Source: Mycoplasmatota bacterium
GTDB taxonomy: Bacteria > Bacillota_I > Bacilli_A > RF39 > UBA660
Direction: 5' to 3'
DNA: 28,628 nucleotides
Assembly (NCBI GenBank): GCA_022763805.1
Contig: JALERC010000013.1
Coordinates: 1 to 28,628, forward strand
Position 1 is the first letter of the stretch. Each line of letters begins with the position of its first letter. Positions 24,855 through 28,628 of this stretch are shown here, piece after piece. Both the position numbers and the translations under genes were made by a program. The notes under the pieces are model-generated. The model ran no database searches and had not been told where the DNA came from. It saw only the letters and a program-made list of their open reading frames with translations.

Positions 24855-25944
24855 AAAATTAATAACAATAGTTGGTTTTTTTATAATGGCAATAACTATG
24901 ATTAATATAATCAATCCTAGTAGCAAAATTGAATTAGTTAAAACTGATAAAATTGTAAAAGAAGAAAAAATCGAATTAACTTTAACTAATACATTAATTG
25001 AAATTACAGAAGGAGAAGAATTTGATTTATTAAGCGTAGTGGATTCTAAACATAACGTAAGAGTTAATTATGAAACTACTAAAGATTTAGAACCAGGATC
25101 TTATGAAATAAAATATTATGCAAATGTAGGTGGAAGAAATATAACAAAGTCTGCTACTTTAATAGTGCATGAAAAAATTAAAGAAGAAGCTATAAAAAAT
25201 AATGTTGTATTACTTTCAAATAATTATTTTTATGCTCCAGTAAAAAAACATACTAATCCTACAATAATTTTATCTAATGATAATTCTTATACTATTGAAA
25301 GAGGAACTGCATTACCAACTTATTATGCTAATGCTATTGACTGTGATAATAATCCTTTAGATGTAGTTATAAATAGTAATATTGATATTAACGAAGTAGG
25401 ATTATATTATGTAACTTTTAGTACTGTAGACTCTTTAGGTTATGAAACAACTATTACTAAAGAGGTAAGTGTTATTGATACTACTAAACCAATTGTAGAA
25501 ATTAATAATTCTTCTGATTCATTATGGACTAATAAAGATGTAAATATTACTTTATCTTCAAATGAGGATGTTACATATTATGTAAGTTATGACCAAGAAA
25601 ATTATGAAAAATTAGAATCTAATACTTTAGATTTTTATGAAAGTACAGAAACAATAGTATCTATTGTAGCTGTTGATAATTATAATAATGTAAGTGATGT
25701 TTATGAAACTTATGTAAGAATTGATAAAGATGCACCAACTGTAGAAGATAATCAAACAATTGAGGTTGAAGATTTAGAAAATTTTGAATTAACAGATTAT
25801 ATTGAAGCTAGTGATATTAATGGGGTAAATATGACTAGAGGAGAAACTGTTGAAAATGTGGACGGAAGTTATACATTAAATGTTAATGTTTTTGATAATT
25901 TAGGTAATTCAACAAATATTAATGTTATTGTTAATGTAAATTGA
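24847..25944 (+). CDS. Membrane-anchored surface protein with four tandem Ig-like (DUF5011-like) domains, 365 aa
   Basis: N-terminal signal-anchor, then four repeats of about 75 aa with the DUF5011-like pattern (I.L..GE.FD......D...NV.V.Y........G.Y.V.Y.A.D.LGN......V.V.D...P). Confidence 0.55.
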   Translation: MNKKLITIVGFFIMAITMINIINPSSKIELVKTDKIVKEEKIELTLTNTLIEITEGEEFDLLSVVDSKHNVRVNYETTKDLEPGSYEIKYYANVGGRNITKSATLIVHEKIKEEAIKNNVVLLSNNYFYAPVKKHTNPTIILSNDNSYTIERGTALPTYYANAIDCDNNPLDVVINSNIDINEVGLYYVTFSTVDSLGYETTITKEVSVIDTTKPIVEINNSSDSLWTNKDVNITLSSNEDVTYYVSYDQENYEKLESNTLDFYESTETIVSIVAVDNYNNVSDVYETYVRIDKDAPTVEDNQTIEVEDLENFELTDYIEASDINGVNMTRGETVENVDGSYTLNVNVFDNLGNSTNINVIVNVN

Positions 25945-26000
25945 TATTTAAAAATATCTTCTAATATGCTAAAATATTTATAGTATAGAAGGGGATAACA

Positions 26001-27260
26001 ATGGAAGAAAAATACTTTGATGAAATAGATAGAGCATTAGAAATAATAAATACACCACGTGGTGATTTTGAAGAAGCAAGAAACATATTACAAAATATAA
26101 TCGATGAAGTAACACCAATAATAGATCCAGGTGTAAAACTCATAAGTGTTAATAATATTATTGAATATTATATGTTTAATAATCGTTTTAATAAGTCTTT
26201 AAAATATACAATATTAGATTTTCCTCTGCATAAATTGTATCATTATATAGCTCTTTCTTATGTTAATGAAAAGGATTATGATGAAGCTATTAATTACTTT
26301 AAAAAAGCTATTAGCATAAGTCCTTATGATATTAATAGTTATTTTGAATTAGTTGATACTTATAAAATAGAAAATGAATTTGAAAAAATGTATAGAACAT
26401 TATTTGAACTACAAAAGTACGTTTATACACCAGAAGATTTAGCTAGTTTTTATATCGAATTAGGTGATTACTTCATATATAAAAAAAATTATGACTTTGC
26501 TAATATACTATATAGTTATTCGACATATTTTAATGAAAATAATTATGTTGAAAAAGCACTTACAAAAATAGCATTAGATTTAAAAAGACAACTAATACTA
26601 AATACCAAAGAAGAATGTATTCAATATTTGACTAGATATAAATTTCCAGTAAATGCAAGAAAAGAAAATATTGACTTAATTTATGAATTATACAATAGAA
26701 CAAAAGAACATCCTGAAGACTATGAATTAAGAAGAAATCTTAAAGAAATATTATATAGAATTACAAAAGATGAAATATTTGAAGATAGATTAACTATAAA
26801 AAACAATCAATTAGGATTTACTTTTAAAATACCAGAAAAATGGAAAGCATTAGATAGAACACAATTTAATAAAGTTAGTACAGGTGCATATACTTTGTAT
26901 GTTATTGAAATTACACGTAATGTTGTATTAAATTTAGATATTGTTAAAAGTGTTAACCAATCTAATTTGATAGAAGAATACAAAATATTTAGAGATTATG
27001 TTGTTAAACAGGGATTTAATGTCGTTCTTGAAAGTGAAATTGATGCTACTAATATAAAATATATTCAAATGATTACTCAAAAAAGGTTATTAAATGAATA
27101 TATTACCTTAATACATTGTATATTTATAATCAAAGGACAAGTTCTTGATTTTACTATGCCTACTAATAGGAACTATAATGATAAGAATATAAATACTCTT
27201 TATAGTGATGAAAATGTAATAAGATTAAATAAAATTATAAACAGTATAGAGTTTTTTTAA
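26001..27260 (+). CDS. Cytoplasmic TPR-repeat protein with an unknown C-terminal domain (419 aa)
   Basis: TPR-like helical repeats (YHYIALSYVNEKDYDEAINYFKKAISISPYDINSYFELVDTYK). No TM helix. The RBS is GAAGGGGA. Confidence 0.5.
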   Translation: MEEKYFDEIDRALEIINTPRGDFEEARNILQNIIDEVTPIIDPGVKLISVNNIIEYYMFNNRFNKSLKYTILDFPLHKLYHYIALSYVNEKDYDEAINYFKKAISISPYDINSYFELVDTYKIENEFEKMYRTLFELQKYVYTPEDLASFYIELGDYFIYKKNYDFANILYSYSTYFNENNYVEKALTKIALDLKRQLILNTKEECIQYLTRYKFPVNARKENIDLIYELYNRTKEHPEDYELRRNLKEILYRITKDEIFEDRLTIKNNQLGFTFKIPEKWKALDRTQFNKVSTGAYTLYVIEITRNVVLNLDIVKSVNQSNLIEEYKIFRDYVVKQGFNVVLESEIDATNIKYIQMITQKRLLNEYITLIHCIFIIKGQVLDFTMPTNRNYNDKNINTLYSDENVIRLNKIINSIEFF

Positions 27261-27373
27261 AAAATTATGATATAATATGTTTGAGGATTGAGAATTGATG
27301 AGGCCCTAATCATTGATTTCATCTTTGACTTAACATATTATATATCAATCCTCATTATGAAAGAGGGATTTAA

Positions 27374-28450
27374 ATGGGTTTAATTAAAGCTGTTACAAGT
27401 TCTATAAGTTCAACTCTAGGAGATCAATTTAAAGAGTTTGTAACTTGTCCTGAAAATGGAGGAAATTACATTATTCAAAGAGGATATGTACAACACGGGA
27501 AAGGAAATCGTAATCCACAAGAAGGTATTCTTTCTAAAGGAACAGCTATAGCTGTACCAGAAGGAATGTCTATGATGGTTATAGATAACGGTCAAATTGT
27601 AGAATTTACAGCTGAACCAGGAGTATTTGTATTTGATAATTCAACAGAACCAAGTATTTTTGCTGGTAATTTTGGTCAAAACTTAATTGAATCAATTAAA
27701 ACGATTGGTTCACGTATAACATTTGGTGGACAAACTGCAAAAGATCAAAGAGTATATTATATTAATACTAAAAGAATTGCAGGAAATAAATTCGGTTCAC
27801 CACAACCTAAAAAAATTACAGATGAAAAATATGGTATGTTAGAAGTTACTTTTAATGGTGAATTCGTATTCCAAGTTGAAGATCCAGCAGTACTTGTTAA
27901 AAGTGTAGTAGGATCTAATCCTAAAGATGCTTTAACTATTGATGATATAATTGGATCTCAATTAAAGAGTTTATTTGTTGAAAAATTAACTTTGGGTATT
28001 TCTGAAATAATGAGAGTTAATAAAGTTTCATTTGGTGATATGGGTCTATATGGATCTGATCTATCTAAAAAAATGAATGAACTTTTGAATGATTCATGGA
28101 AGACATATGGTTTAGTGTTAACTGATGTTGCTATTCGTGATATCAATTTAACAGATGAATCTATGAGACGTGTTAATAAGATTGATGATGCACAAATATT
28201 TAGTAATGCAAATCTTCAATCTGGTTTAATGGCAAGTGCTACAGCAGATGCTATGCAAGCTGCTGCTAGTAATGGTTCTGGTTCTATGATGGGATTTATG
28301 GGCATGAATATGGCTCAAAATGCAGGTGCAACTGTAATGGGTGTAGCAAATCAAAATGCTCAATCTCAGGCCGCTCAAGGATTCTGTCCTGATTGTGGCA
28401 CTCCAAAAGTAGGTAATTTCTGTACAAATTGCGGTAAAAAATTAAACTAA
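27374..28450 (+). CDS. SPFH (band-7)-domain protein with a C-terminal zinc ribbon, YdjI-like (358 aa)
   Basis: Architecture of the SPFH/Band_7_1 family (B. subtilis YdjI-like) followed by a Gly/Ala/Met/Gln-rich linker and CPDCGTPKVGNFCTNCG, a Cys4 zinc ribbon. The RBS is AGAGGGA. Confidence 0.65.
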   Translation: MGLIKAVTSSISSTLGDQFKEFVTCPENGGNYIIQRGYVQHGKGNRNPQEGILSKGTAIAVPEGMSMMVIDNGQIVEFTAEPGVFVFDNSTEPSIFAGNFGQNLIESIKTIGSRITFGGQTAKDQRVYYINTKRIAGNKFGSPQPKKITDEKYGMLEVTFNGEFVFQVEDPAVLVKSVVGSNPKDALTIDDIIGSQLKSLFVEKLTLGISEIMRVNKVSFGDMGLYGSDLSKKMNELLNDSWKTYGLVLTDVAIRDINLTDESMRRVNKIDDAQIFSNANLQSGLMASATADAMQAAASNGSGSMMGFMGMNMAQNAGATVMGVANQNAQSQAAQGFCPDCGTPKVGNFCTNCGKKLN

Positions 28451-28477
28451 AAAAAAGACAATTTAAGATACTACTAC

Positions 28478-28628
28478 CTGTCAAGTACTCACTAAATAAA
28501 AAGATAAATTAATTTGAATATTTTAGACGATACTGTACAGGTGACAAGTATCCAAGATTCTTTTGAATACGTTCATTATTATACCAATGAACGTATTTTT
28601 TTATTTCTTCAGCAGCTTGTTTTCTAGT
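28478..28628 (-). mobile_element. IS3-family insertion sequence, partial (3' end; continues beyond the window)
   Basis: The minus strand encodes ...TRKQAAEEIKKYVHWYNNERIQKNLGYLSPVQYRLKYSN*, with its stop at 28509-28511. This is the conserved C-terminus of IS3-family OrfB/integrase-core transposases (YNNERiq..LgylSPveyR). The probable TG terminus is near 28478 (TGTCAAGTACTCAC...), but that boundary is uncertain. Confidence 0.75.
28509..28628 (-). CDS. IS3-family transposase OrfB, C-terminal 39 codons (truncated by the window edge)
   Basis: I translated the reverse complement of 28509-28628 myself; it ends ...YVHWYNNERIQKNLGYLSPVQYRLKYSN. Confidence 0.75.
   Translation of the reverse strand, partial: TRKQAAEEIKKYVHWYNNERIQKNLGYLSPVQYRLKYSN

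Noticed and set aside
25961-26143. Minus-strand ORF overlapping the TPR gene start
   Set aside because: Antisense; no signals.
27958-28484. Minus-strand ORFs 27958-28146 and 28296-28484 inside or after the SPFH gene
   Set aside because: Antisense artefacts. The second would read across the SPFH zinc-ribbon codons.
28575-28605. Hairpin atacgttcatt...aatgaacgtat followed by a T-run, which looks like a + strand intrinsic terminator
   Set aside because: It lies inside the IS3 transposase coding region on the opposite strand, in the codons for YVHWYNNERI. The palindrome arises from codon content, not from a terminator of the SPFH gene.
1-28628. CRISPR arrays, prophage blocks, restriction-modification or other recognisable defence systems
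   Set aside because: I found no repeat-spacer periodicity, and no cas, terminase, capsid, methyltransferase or nuclease signatures in any of the six frames. The window is mainly housekeeping and accessory-housekeeping.

Overview
This is a very AT-rich chromosomal window from a spore-forming Firmicute, probably a Clostridium-like Clostridia member. SpoVS, tandem YjcZ-like tiny sporulation proteins and codon usage all point that way. Coding is dense, about 40 genes and mostly on the + strand, and largely housekeeping or accessory-housekeeping. From start to end it contains:
- A lone tRNA-Gly(UCC) on the minus strand with its own consensus promoter and terminator.
- A DtxR/MntR-family regulator and ZIP (ZupT-like) metal importer operon, with a DtxR-box-like palindrome at its promoter.
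- A NifU/IscU-like protein and GGGtGRT-family protein pair of unknown function.
- A membrane thioredoxin-like protein plus CcdA thiol-disulfide module, then a type II P-type cation ATPase.
- A DUF4230-like protein with a tiny membrane peptide, spoVS, and a PlsC-like acyltransferase.
- An orphan hybrid sensor kinase, followed by a chimeric gene remnant.
- A NUDIX hydrolase, then a guanine riboswitch controlling an NCS2/AzgA purine permease.
- A lone divergent SufD-like protein.
- A small island holding a tail-less SsbB-like SSB, a lipoprotein and a SinR-like XRE regulator.
- pdp, rpoZ, a RecX-like gene, and a PrsA-like PPIase on the opposite strand.
- A truncated dcw cluster (rsmH-ftsL-class B PBP with PASTA domains) lacking mraZ and the mur genes.
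- A cell-envelope module: small membrane protein, four-domain Ig-like (DUF5011-like) surface protein, TPR protein, and SPFH plus zinc-ribbon YdjI-like protein.
- The 3' end of an IS3-family insertion sequence at the window edge.
I found no CRISPR array, no obvious prophage and no recognisable defence system. The most unusual items are the non-canonical tRNA-Gly, the NifU-like/GGGtGRT metal-redox neighbourhood, the chimeric kinase-tail/XRE gene remnant, and the uncharacterised surface/SPFH module next to the IS3 element.
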